NCBI GenBank assembly: GCA_019694675.1
Contig: JAIBBK010000035.1
Span: 77,579 to 141,578, forward strand
Length of the DNA stretch: 64,000 bases
Source of the DNA: Ignavibacteria bacterium
Lineage (GTDB): Bacteria; Bacteroidota; Ignavibacteria; Tepidaquicellales; Tepidaquicellaceae
Reading direction: 5' to 3'
Part shown: positions 56,164 to 64,000 of the stretch, one piece after another
Layout: every line of letters begins with the position of its first letter
Position numbering within the stretch: position 1 is the stretch's first letter
Notes under the pieces: model-generated
Seen by the model: only the letters and a program-made list of their open reading frames with translations
The model's database searches: none
Told to the model about the DNA's origin: nothing
Made by a program: the position numbers and the translations under genes

Positions 56164-57282
56164 TCAGTAACTTGTAAAGAACTTGCCAGGCAACTGACGC
56201 ACCAGCTGTTTGAACTCAAGCGAAAGCAAATGAACCAGGCATTCATTCACCGGCCGGCCTGACAGTTCGCTGATCAGGTCAATGTGAATGGGTTCGCGCT
56301 TAAGTGTTTCCAGAATATGTCGCTCGTCCGCTGTCATGCTTGCTGTTTGCTGCCGTTCAGGCAGAGTTAGTTGACCGCCAATGAGCGGCGCAAGTTTTCT
56401 CTCAAGTTCGCATATCACATCGTCAATGCACGTGATCAGCTTCGCCTGTCCTCTTTTTATCATCTCATTGGTACCCTCAGACTGCCGTGAATGGATATAA
56501 CCCGGCACGGCGAAAACTTCCCTGTTCTGTTCCAGCGCATACTCCCCTGTCAGTACTGCCCCGCCGCTGACACTGCTTTCAATAACTATAGTACCAATGC
56601 TCAATCCGCTGATTATCCTGTTCCTTCTCGGAAAGTTCACCCGGTCCGGCTTTGTGCCGGGGGGAAACTCGGAAATGACGGCTCCGTTATCAATTATCTC
56701 TTCACAGAGCTTCCTGTTTTCCGACGGATAAATTACATCAGCACCGCAACCGAAAACGGCATAGGTTACATTTCCCGATCTGATCGCTGTTCTGTGTGCC
56801 ACTGTGTCTATTCCCCTTGCAAATCCGCTCACAACAGGTATACCGTAACGGGAAACTGCCTCTGTCAGCATCTCACATGTATGCTTACCGTATTCGGTCG
56901 GTGTCCTTGTTCCCACAATACTTATCGAATACTTGTCAAGCCCGGTGAGATTGCCTTTGTAAAAGAACATTACCGGTGATCCCGAAACAGTCCTAAGATT
57001 GGCGGGATATTCATCATCAAAGACCGAACACATCTTGATCTTCCTGATCTCGGCGATCTCGCAGAGTCTGCCAAAATCCCGCTCAATTTCAGCTTTCCTT
57101 TCGACGGCTTCCCTGACGTTTGAATTCATCTGGACATCAATGCCTTCAGCCCTCAGATAACCGCTCTCAACAGCCTTAAAGAACTTCTCGGAATTATCGT
57201 ACCGGTCAATAATGTTTCTGATCCTCCAGGATCCAAGGTTTCTTACGGAACTCAGAAAGTACAGATAACACAGATCATTCAT
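56164..57282 (-). CDS. dprA: DNA-processing protein DprA/Smf
   Basis: 372 aa. SGFARGIDTVAHR and a Rossmann-like core, with a C-terminal winged-helix-like tail. Confidence 0.88.
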   Translation of the reverse strand: MNDLCYLYFLSSVRNLGSWRIRNIIDRYDNSEKFFKAVESGYLRAEGIDVQMNSNVREAVERKAEIERDFGRLCEIAEIRKIKMCSVFDDEYPANLRTVSGSPVMFFYKGNLTGLDKYSISIVGTRTPTEYGKHTCEMLTEAVSRYGIPVVSGFARGIDTVAHRTAIRSGNVTYAVFGCGADVIYPSENRKLCEEIIDNGAVISEFPPGTKPDRVNFPRRNRIISGLSIGTIVIESSVSGGAVLTGEYALEQNREVFAVPGYIHSRQSEGTNEMIKRGQAKLITCIDDVICELERKLAPLIGGQLTLPERQQTASMTADERHILETLKREPIHIDLISELSGRPVNECLVHLLSLEFKQLVRQLPGKFFTSY

Positions 57283-57471
57283 AAGTATCGGAACATGTTC
57301 ATTTATCTAAATGCAAATTTACTCATTAAATCACATTAATTGAACCTCAAAAAATTCTGCTCAGAAATACTTCTGCATTTTCATGATCCGCGGCGGAGAA
57401 ATATCATTACATTGTAACTTCAGCACTGCGAGGTTAATTTGACCGTCAATTAATTCATCTTATACATATAT

Positions 57472-58161
57472 ATGAAACTGGGCGGCGTTGAACTTAAGGA
57501 TGTGAAGAACAAATCAATCAGACAGCTTGTTGCAAACTTCCGCAACGAGTACATCTCAAACGGGATTGACGAAAAGACAATGAGTGATGACCCGATACAG
57601 CAGTTTGAGAAATGGTTCAAGGAAGCGCTTGATAACAAGGTGCTTGAGCCGAACGCCTTTCACCTTTCAACTTGCTCTGCAGACGGCCGTCCGTCCGGAA
57701 GGGTTATGCTTCTTAAGGGCTTCAGTGAAGAGGGTTTCGTATTCTTCACGAACTATGAAAGCCGCAAGGGCAATGATCTTGAAGAGAATGCGAATGCCTC
57801 AATGACGTTCATCTGGCTTGAACTGTATCGTCAGATACGTATCGAAGGCAAAGTAAGCAGGATCTCCGGCAAGGATTCTGATGAGTATTTCCGGAGCCGG
57901 CCCCGCGGAAGCCAGATCGGCGCTGCAGTTTCTGCGCAAAGCAGAGTTCTTTCGGGAAGAGAGGAGCTTGAGAATGCGGCGAATGAACTCGAAAAGAAAT
58001 TCAGCGGAGAAGAAATTCCCAGGCCGCACAACTGGGGAGGTCTGATACTTAAGCCAAGCAGAATAGAGTTCTGGCAGGGCCGCGTGAACCGACTTCACGA
58101 CCGGATATTTTATGAGGCCGCTGATGGCGGCACGTGGACAAAAACAAGGCTGTATCCGTAG
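57472..58161 (+). CDS. pdxH: pyridoxamine 5'-phosphate oxidase
   Basis: 229 aa. SRIEFWQGRVNRLHDRIFY and a C-terminal ...RLYP. Confidence 0.9.
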   Translation: MKLGGVELKDVKNKSIRQLVANFRNEYISNGIDEKTMSDDPIQQFEKWFKEALDNKVLEPNAFHLSTCSADGRPSGRVMLLKGFSEEGFVFFTNYESRKGNDLEENANASMTFIWLELYRQIRIEGKVSRISGKDSDEYFRSRPRGSQIGAAVSAQSRVLSGREELENAANELEKKFSGEEIPRPHNWGGLILKPSRIEFWQGRVNRLHDRIFYEAADGGTWTKTRLYP

Positions 58162-58184
58162 CATAGTTTGCCCGACATCAGATC

Positions 58185-58198
58185 TCAAGTTAACTTGA
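58185..58198. repeat. 14-bp perfect palindrome in the convergent pdxH / TPR-gene spacer
   Basis: TCAAGTTAACTTGA is its own reverse complement. It could form only a 5-bp stem with a 4-nt loop, so it is a weak terminator at best. Confidence 0.3.
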
Positions 58199-58225
58199 AT
58201 CATGTTGCCGTGAGTTTCCGGCGCG

Positions 58226-59374
58226 TTACTGTTTAAACCTTTCCAGCTTCAGCCTCTCTGCTTCCTGATGCGAGTTCTGAAAGTTCTTCATCGCAAGCAC
58301 TTTGTCGTAATACATATCCGCAGTAGACCTGTTTCCCTTTGCATCATTTATCATACCGCTCAGGAGATTGATGTATGCCGTAATGGCCGATTCATTTTCC
58401 GGATCGATCTGCTTAGTGATCTCCTCCGCCCTTGCGGCATATCTCTCTCCTTCAAGCGGTTGTCCCAGTTTGAGAAAGCTGAGCGCCGTATAATAATTTG
58501 CTTCACGCGCAAGCGCCCTGCTTCCGTAACCGAACTTACCGCTGTCAATTTTCTGGATCAGGTTCAGCCATCCGCTTCGTGCTTCGTTCCATTTCCCCAA
58601 TCCGACATAACTGTTCAGCAGATATTTCTCGAACAAAGGATTCTCCGGAAATTCACTGTGAAGTGACAGCGAATACTGTTCCGACTCCGCATAGTTCTTT
58701 TCATAAAGAAGATAAAGATATGCAAGCACATACCTCGCTTCGTTCTTTGCATACTTTGCGCTGGCCGCAGTTTCTTTTATCTGAGAGAGTCCTTTTAGCT
58801 TGTCACCTTTCGGAAAAATGAGCATCAGGGGCTTCACAACAGGATAAACTTCCGGCACATACTCGGCAAAGTAGTTGTACAATCCCACGCCGAACATCAC
58901 ATCCTTATTACCGGGATCAAGTTCATACGCTTCCTGCAGGAGGTTCAGAGCTTCCTTCCCGTATTCCGCCGCATTAAACCAGTTCTCCCTGATGCTGTAA
59001 ACAAGGCCCTTGTATCCTAGAGCTCCGCCTTTGTAAAAGAGTGCATTCTGATCATTATCATTTTTTTCCAGAACCCGGTCGGCTACCTCGATCACTTTGT
59101 CAGCCTTTTTAAAAAACTCTTCATCAAGTGATGTGTTCTCCTTGTTGATGTTGATGCTCCACCATACTATCATTGCATCAAAGAAATAACCTTTGGGATC
59201 AGCCGGGTTGCTCTTTATGATCTGCTCTGCATTTATCCGGGCTGAATCAAACTGCAGATGATAGATCTCGCCTATGCACTTCTGTACAAGCTCGTCCGAG
59301 CTCTGTCCGGATGCGGCACTGCAATACATGAGAATCATACAGAGCGAAACAATATGTGCAAATGTCTTCTTCAC
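58226..59374 (-). CDS. secreted TPR-like repeat protein
   Basis: 382 aa. Signal peptide MKKTFAHIVSLCMILMYCSAASGQ. All-helical repeat pattern with recurring A/Y/L positions. GTG start. Confidence 0.55.
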   Translation of the reverse strand: MKKTFAHIVSLCMILMYCSAASGQSSDELVQKCIGEIYHLQFDSARINAEQIIKSNPADPKGYFFDAMIVWWSININKENTSLDEEFFKKADKVIEVADRVLEKNDNDQNALFYKGGALGYKGLVYSIRENWFNAAEYGKEALNLLQEAYELDPGNKDVMFGVGLYNYFAEYVPEVYPVVKPLMLIFPKGDKLKGLSQIKETAASAKYAKNEARYVLAYLYLLYEKNYAESEQYSLSLHSEFPENPLFEKYLLNSYVGLGKWNEARSGWLNLIQKIDSGKFGYGSRALAREANYYTALSFLKLGQPLEGERYAARAEEITKQIDPENESAITAYINLLSGMINDAKGNRSTADMYYDKVLAMKNFQNSHQEAERLKLERFKQ

Positions 59375-59455
59375 GCAAGAATGAGTAAATGAAAATTGCC
59401 GGATCTGCGGCCGGCTGTTGTCTTGAAGCCACCGGCAAAACTAATCACCGGAATC

Positions 59456-59493
59456 AAAAAAATGAAGGACAGTTTCTTTCAAAACTGTCCTTC
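59456..59493 (-). terminator. strong rho-independent terminator downstream of the BNR-dockerin gene
   Basis: 12-bp perfect stem GAAGGACAGTTT / AAACTGTCCTTC (59464-59493) with a 6-nt loop. Seven A on the plus strand (59456-59462) read as a U-tract on the minus strand. Confidence 0.75.
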
Positions 59494-59515
59494 GAAACGA
59501 GATGAATATTCTATG

Positions 59516-62500
59516 TTACTTTGTTACGCCGTTGCTTTGCACTGACTCATTTGTCCTCGCCGGCTTTCTGTACTTCTCATTCGCGGATCTGATCTTCTCT
59601 TTGACAGATATGAGGTCACTCGGAGAAGTTCCCGGTGTCAGTTTTGATATGAAGTTTGATGCGTTGTTGTCTGTTACGGCAAGGTCAGAGCCGTCAACAG
59701 TGCCGTCGCCGTTCACATCGGTTGAAACATAACCCGATTCGAAATTGAACGCATCGTTGTCTATTGCTACAAGATCCGAACCGTCGATCGAACCGTCCTG
59801 ATTTATGTCGCCGCTGTAGAACAGCCAGTAAGAACCGGCCTGAACGGAATTACTTCCGTAAGACTGCGACTGCGCGGATGTAAAATCATACGACGAGAAA
59901 ACGCCCTTTGTAATTGCCTCTCCGCCGGACTTGCTCCACGTTTCAAGAGCATTTCTGTGAAGGACCTGAACGTAATACGATCCCGTACTTGCATATTTGA
60001 ATACGCACGGTGCCGTAAACGTCACGGAATCAAAGACCACTTTCGATGAATCTACAATTGCAAACGGATTCGAAGTATTCCTGAGATAAACCCTTACAGT
60101 ATCGCGCATCCTGAGTGAGGATCCGTTAAGGTACCCTTCCGGTCCCATCTTTACATTAAGCTGAGTATAGAGCGAGCCGCTTTCCACAGATATGTTATCT
60201 ACATAGAAGTTGTTTCCGAAATTGCTTCTGGCCTTGAATCTGATCCTGTTTGTTCCTGTCGGAAGTCCCCATGACTTTGAAAGCCACTGATCTGAAGCGG
60301 GAGTAAATGCGCTTCCCTGCGCAGGCGCAGTATTCAGCGAGTAAGGTCCGCTTGCGGATGTGCTTCCGTAAAGTCTGACGAGCACAGAATATGTTGATCC
60401 GCCGTTTGTGGAAGTTTCGATAATGATAGAATCCGTTGAACCGGAATACGGCGAATATGCATAATCGTATGTAAGCGAATCACCGCTCGAGGAAGCTGTG
60501 AATGTTGATGTTGCAAGATACTGAGTGGTTCCGTTGGGTGAATTCCAGAAGTCGTATTTCGCGCTTCCGGTACCGCTGCCGTATGCGCTGACCGGGTCAT
60601 ACAACCATCTCATGGTACCGCTGCCGGATGTAGCCCAGCCCGTTGGCGGGAATGTTACGGTCGGAAACTGCTGATCCAGTTTCGTGGACACTGTGCCAAC
60701 ATACGGAGTAAGTGAGCCGCTCAGCACGTCATTTGAGGGAACCTCATCACTCGAAATGTAAACTGAATCCTTCACGGTGTATGTTGTGCCGGACTGGAAA
60801 GTCCACGGATCGAATGTCACATTGGTTGAAGAGTTTGAAGCAAGATTGCTGACCGTCTTTGTGGAAACGTAGCCTCCAGGAGTGATCTTCCTTGTTACGG
60901 AGAAGGTCGCGCTTGCAACTCCGTTGTTATTCTTAACTGTTCCAGACGGTGTGATCGTGGCAGACTCGAAATATGCGGTGCCAAGTGAGCCAAGTGACAA
61001 TGCCTGTACGTCGACCTGCGCAGTGACTGTTACATCATTGTAAACTATGTTCATCTTAAACAGGCCGCCCGTCTGCATGTTCAGCATGTAGCCTCTCTCC
61101 GGTACTATTATTCCTGCTCCTGCTCCGCCTCCGACTGAAGTGGATGTGAAGTTAGCCCCGGAGTTCGTTGTCAGCCATGTTGGTGATCCGTAGGTGCCTT
61201 TCAGTACCATGTTAGGATCTTCATGACAGTAGTCCGATCCCCATCCGGAAGAAGACTGTGTTGAATGGAGGAACCAGTTGTCGCCGTAGTTTGTGGTCTT
61301 ATAGAACTGGCCGCCGCTCCAGTTTGTAGCCCAGAATGTGCTCTTGTCAAACACAGAGTTGCACATTGACGGAATCTCACTGCTTGAACCGTTTGTGTGA
61401 ACTTTTGTCCAGTTCACTCCATTGTTTGTTGATTTGAAAATTTCGGCAAGGCCGCTTCCGGTTACGCCGTCAGCCACATAAACAACCTGAGAGCTGTCCC
61501 ACATAACTATGATGTCACACGGGCTTCTGAAAGGATAAGCGCCGCTGATTTCCTGAAAAGATGCGCCGTTATCTGTTGATCTGTAAAAGCCGCCGCCGTC
61601 GGGTGCAAAGTAGTATTTCGAAGGATCATTCTGGTCCATCTCAAGCGGCTGTCCGTAATTGCTGAAATTTGCAGAGACTATATCGGTCCATGTGGCACCG
61701 TAATTTGTGCTCCTCTTGACTTTGTCCGGTGAGCCCGTGATCGCAACCATCCAGATGTTCGTATCGAGCGGGCTTACATAAAATGAATGCGCGGAACCTC
61801 CGCCTGATACTGATGCGATATTTGTCCACGTCTCGCCTCTGTTGCGGCTTACATATACTGTAGAGCCGTAAACAACGAACATCGAGTTTCTGTCAAAAGG
61901 ATGCTCGCAAAGATTGTTTCCGATGCCGCCTGATGCAGTGAGCTTTGAAACCCAGCTCATCGACATTGTTGCGCCGGTCGGCATATCCCAGTTGGCGCCG
62001 CCGTTTGTCGTATAGATGATCACTCCGTTCAGACTGCTTACCGCCCATCCTTTGTTCGCGTCAAAATAAAAGATGTCAACTAGGTTGGCCATCATTGGAT
62101 TCAATTCAAAATTCAGAAATTTTGAACTCCCTCCGGTATTGTTCCTGATGAATCCGCCGCCGCCGCAAACGTGTACGCTTGCATTGCTCGTTCCGCTGAC
62201 GCCTGTCACATCCGTCTTAAGCCTTGTATTTACAGATGTCCATGATCCGTTGTTCACCAGAAGTGTTCCGTATTCACCCACTGCGGTCAGGCCGTCGGCA
62301 AAGTACTTCACCTTGAGAAGATTGTTTGTAGTTCCGGATGCCTCTGAATTCCATGAACTGCCGCCGTTGGTTGTTCTGTAAATGCTTCCGGAATTACCCA
62401 CGGCAACTCCGTTGTTAGCATCCAGAAAGCTTATTGAATTCAACTGCACCGATCCGATGCCAGTATTGCTGTTGAACCAGGTGAGACCGCCGTCGGTTGA

Positions 62501-62890
62501 CTTAACAACCGTTCCTGAAGCTCCGCATGCAAAGCCCGTGGATGAACTGATGAATGTCACAGACTTAAGGTCATTCGAAGTTCCTGTGGAATAAAGTGTA
62601 AGTGGAGAAATTGTCTTCTGTGTCTTGTAGATCGCTCCGCCGTTGGCGGCGATCCAGACATCATTTCCGAACGATGCAACACAGTTCATGTTCACCGATC
62701 CGTTCGGGACGCTTACCCAGGTGGATCCTCCGTTCCCGGATCTGTAGAGTTTGCCCGAATTTCCAACTGCAGTCAGGTTCACTCCGTCCGGAGTTGTAAC
62801 ACTGTTGAAACCCTGCGCATTGACAGAGCCGGCCGCAATCGTGCATACGAATGCAACGGCAAATGCCAAATTCAGATAGAATTTCTTCAT
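59516..62890 (-). CDS. 1124-aa secreted Asp-box (BNR) multi-propeller protein with a C-terminal type-I dockerin
   Basis: Signal peptide MKKFYLNLAFAVAFVCTIAAGSVNAQG. About 10 Asp-box motifs (SGNGGSTW, STDGGLTW, TTNGGSSW, TTNGGANW, SRNRGETW, STNYGATW, STDNGASF, STNNGVNW, TTNYGDNW, TTNSGANF). Dockerin duplication GDINQDGSIDGSDLVAIDNDAFNF / DVNGDGTVDGSDLAVTDNNASNF. Confidence 0.8.
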   Translation of the reverse strand: MKKFYLNLAFAVAFVCTIAAGSVNAQGFNSVTTPDGVNLTAVGNSGKLYRSGNGGSTWVSVPNGSVNMNCVASFGNDVWIAANGGAIYKTQKTISPLTLYSTGTSNDLKSVTFISSSTGFACGASGTVVKSTDGGLTWFNSNTGIGSVQLNSISFLDANNGVAVGNSGSIYRTTNGGSSWNSEASGTTNNLLKVKYFADGLTAVGEYGTLLVNNGSWTSVNTRLKTDVTGVSGTSNASVHVCGGGGFIRNNTGGSSKFLNFELNPMMANLVDIFYFDANKGWAVSSLNGVIIYTTNGGANWDMPTGATMSMSWVSKLTASGGIGNNLCEHPFDRNSMFVVYGSTVYVSRNRGETWTNIASVSGGGSAHSFYVSPLDTNIWMVAITGSPDKVKRSTNYGATWTDIVSANFSNYGQPLEMDQNDPSKYYFAPDGGGFYRSTDNGASFQEISGAYPFRSPCDIIVMWDSSQVVYVADGVTGSGLAEIFKSTNNGVNWTKVHTNGSSSEIPSMCNSVFDKSTFWATNWSGGQFYKTTNYGDNWFLHSTQSSSGWGSDYCHEDPNMVLKGTYGSPTWLTTNSGANFTSTSVGGGAGAGIIVPERGYMLNMQTGGLFKMNIVYNDVTVTAQVDVQALSLGSLGTAYFESATITPSGTVKNNNGVASATFSVTRKITPGGYVSTKTVSNLASNSSTNVTFDPWTFQSGTTYTVKDSVYISSDEVPSNDVLSGSLTPYVGTVSTKLDQQFPTVTFPPTGWATSGSGTMRWLYDPVSAYGSGTGSAKYDFWNSPNGTTQYLATSTFTASSSGDSLTYDYAYSPYSGSTDSIIIETSTNGGSTYSVLVRLYGSTSASGPYSLNTAPAQGSAFTPASDQWLSKSWGLPTGTNRIRFKARSNFGNNFYVDNISVESGSLYTQLNVKMGPEGYLNGSSLRMRDTVRVYLRNTSNPFAIVDSSKVVFDSVTFTAPCVFKYASTGSYYVQVLHRNALETWSKSGGEAITKGVFSSYDFTSAQSQSYGSNSVQAGSYWLFYSGDINQDGSIDGSDLVAIDNDAFNFESGYVSTDVNGDGTVDGSDLAVTDNNASNFISKLTPGTSPSDLISVKEKIRSANEKYRKPARTNESVQSNGVTK

Positions 62891-63034
62891 TTTAATTGGT
62901 TGATTTGTAAATGATGGAAAAAATGGAGTGCCTCAAAATATGAGTACTGATCTTTTTTAGCAATATCAAAGCCGTATTTGATCAATATTCACAATTTGCA
63001 GATATCGCTTCCGCTCTCCTGAGGCAGATCCGCA

Positions 63035-64000
63035 TTATTTTTTTAAAGTCATTTTGATTGTCCTAACACTGCCGCCAACAGACATCCTAAGGAAGTATTC
63101 TCCCGAAGAAAGACCCGAACCGCTGAAGACAAGTTCATGCAAACCTGCGGGAACAAAGCCGTCGGCAAGTACGCCAACAAGCCTGCCCATTACATCATAA
63201 ACATTCACTTCCACATCAGAGCCTTTTTCGAGTTCAAACCTGATCTGCGTTGTCGGATTGAACGGATTGGGAAAATTCTGATACAGCCTGAAACTGTCCG
63301 GCAATTCCTCACCCTGCTCGCTGATGCCGACCGGATCAACGATCTTGAAATTAAGCATCATTCCGTCATCTTCGTGTTCAAGGTTATGGCAATGGTAGAG
63401 GTAGATCCCCCTGTATTCCGTGAACTTGATGAGAGTTCTTACAGTCTCAAACGGATAAACAAGAACGGTGTCCTTCCAGCCCTTGTCAACAGGTGGCAGA
63501 TTTGTGTTTCCGTTTCGCGAATAAACCTGAAACTGCGCTTCATGGGAATGCATCGGGTGAATGTTGTTCGTTGCATTGACGATCTTCCATTCTTCAAGTG
63601 AATTCAGCGGCGTTTCCCAGTCTATCCTCATCATTTCAAACGACAGTCCGTTTATCTTGTGCATGTTCATACTTCCGCCAGTCATGGAAAGCACGAAGTT
63701 TCTTACCGTCTTGACTTCCGCGGGATTGTAGTATGTGATCGGCGGCATTGAAGTGGGTACGGTTCCGCCCGAAGATTGATTTCCCGTCACATCGAATCTG
63801 ATGATGTTGAGCTCTGTCCCCTGCCTGTATGTTCCCATTCCCGGTGCGGAAAATGCCTGAGACTTCAGAGTGACGTTTTGGCCTATTGTATAAGGAGAAA
63901 AATCAAAGAGTATGTCAACTCTTTCGCCGGGTGAAATAAAGAAGGAGGTTGCTTCAACAGCTTCGTCCTTCAAGCCGCCGTCTGTTGCAATTATGCGGAA
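63035..64000 (-). CDS. multicopper oxidase (laccase-like), C-terminal part, with a T9SS type-A sorting domain; the 5' end lies beyond the window
   Basis: The frame is open to position 64000. Copper motifs HPMHSHEAQFQV and YLYHCHNLEHEDDGMM. YQNFPNPFNPTTQIRFELE ... SSGEYFLRM ... IKMTLKK. Confidence 0.85.
   Translation of the reverse strand, partial: FRIIATDGGLKDEAVEATSFFISPGERVDILFDFSPYTIGQNVTLKSQAFSAPGMGTYRQGTELNIIRFDVTGNQSSGGTVPTSMPPITYYNPAEVKTVRNFVLSMTGGSMNMHKINGLSFEMMRIDWETPLNSLEEWKIVNATNNIHPMHSHEAQFQVYSRNGNTNLPPVDKGWKDTVLVYPFETVRTLIKFTEYRGIYLYHCHNLEHEDDGMMLNFKIVDPVGISEQGEELPDSFRLYQNFPNPFNPTTQIRFELEKGSDVEVNVYDVMGRLVGVLADGFVPAGLHELVFSGSGLSSGEYFLRMSVGGSVRTIKMTLKK

Noticed and set aside
62990-63034. 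Direct repeat GCAGAT(AT)CGC / GCAGATCCGC downstream of the multicopper oxidase gene, considered as a terminator
   Set aside because: The two copies are direct, not inverted, so no hairpin forms. There is no U-tract.
1-64000. Search for CRISPR arrays, IS elements or transposases, integrases, prophage genes, toxin-antitoxin pairs, restriction-modification or other defence systems, and tRNA/rRNA genes
   Set aside because: I found no direct-repeat/spacer periodicity, no recombinase- or nuclease-like ORFs, and no spacer over 232 nt. I did not spot a T-arm GGTTCGAATCC-like sequence in any intergenic region by eye. The window looks like core chromosome. A tRNAscan, Infernal and defence-HMM run would be needed to be certain.

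Overview
A 64-kb chromosomal segment with about 59 protein-coding genes and very high coding density. Many adjacent genes abut or overlap by 1-4 nt (ATGA, GTGA or TAATG junctions). By eye I found no rRNA, tRNA, CRISPR array, transposase, integrase or phage genes. Three signals point to an FCB-superphylum bacterium, probably Ignavibacteriota-like (inference). First, six secreted proteins end in a T9SS type-A sorting domain, five of them with an (N/Q)N(Y/F/N)PNPFNP(S/T/A)T motif. Second, Shine-Dalgarno sequences are nearly absent. Third, TAnnTTTG -7-like boxes sit 22-32 nt upstream of several start codons. Most of the window is housekeeping: valS, pyrBC, dut-rsmI-corA, purM, lat, fur-feoAB, ychF, ftsH-hpt-rpsU, asnB, pruA, sucC, phr-gatB-tpiA, thiolase-hbd-acd, hslVU, rpoN, dprA and pdxH. 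I do not see a clear-cut novel defence or mobile system. The best candidates for undescribed biology are envelope and secretion loci. (1) A 1124-aa Asp-box double-propeller protein ends in a canonical dockerin rather than a T9SS domain. (2) A four-gene locus at 34.1-38.7 kb combines a dockerin-like secreted protein, a T9SS-anchored beta-sandwich protein, an NTF2-like lipoprotein and a YfhO-like GT-C membrane protein. (3) A T9SS PNGase F-like protein and a T9SS metzincin are divergently transcribed. (4) A sulfotransferase-fold gene is tightly linked (2-nt gap) to a class IV aminotransferase gene. Smaller oddities include a detached nuoI coupled to a secreted protein, a forced HslV propeptide, a possible AT-hook on HslU, a 12-proline run, and a cysteine-synthase homologue with a Cys-rich tail. 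All functional calls rest on motifs read from the supplied translations and on my own reverse-complement translations. No database search was run.
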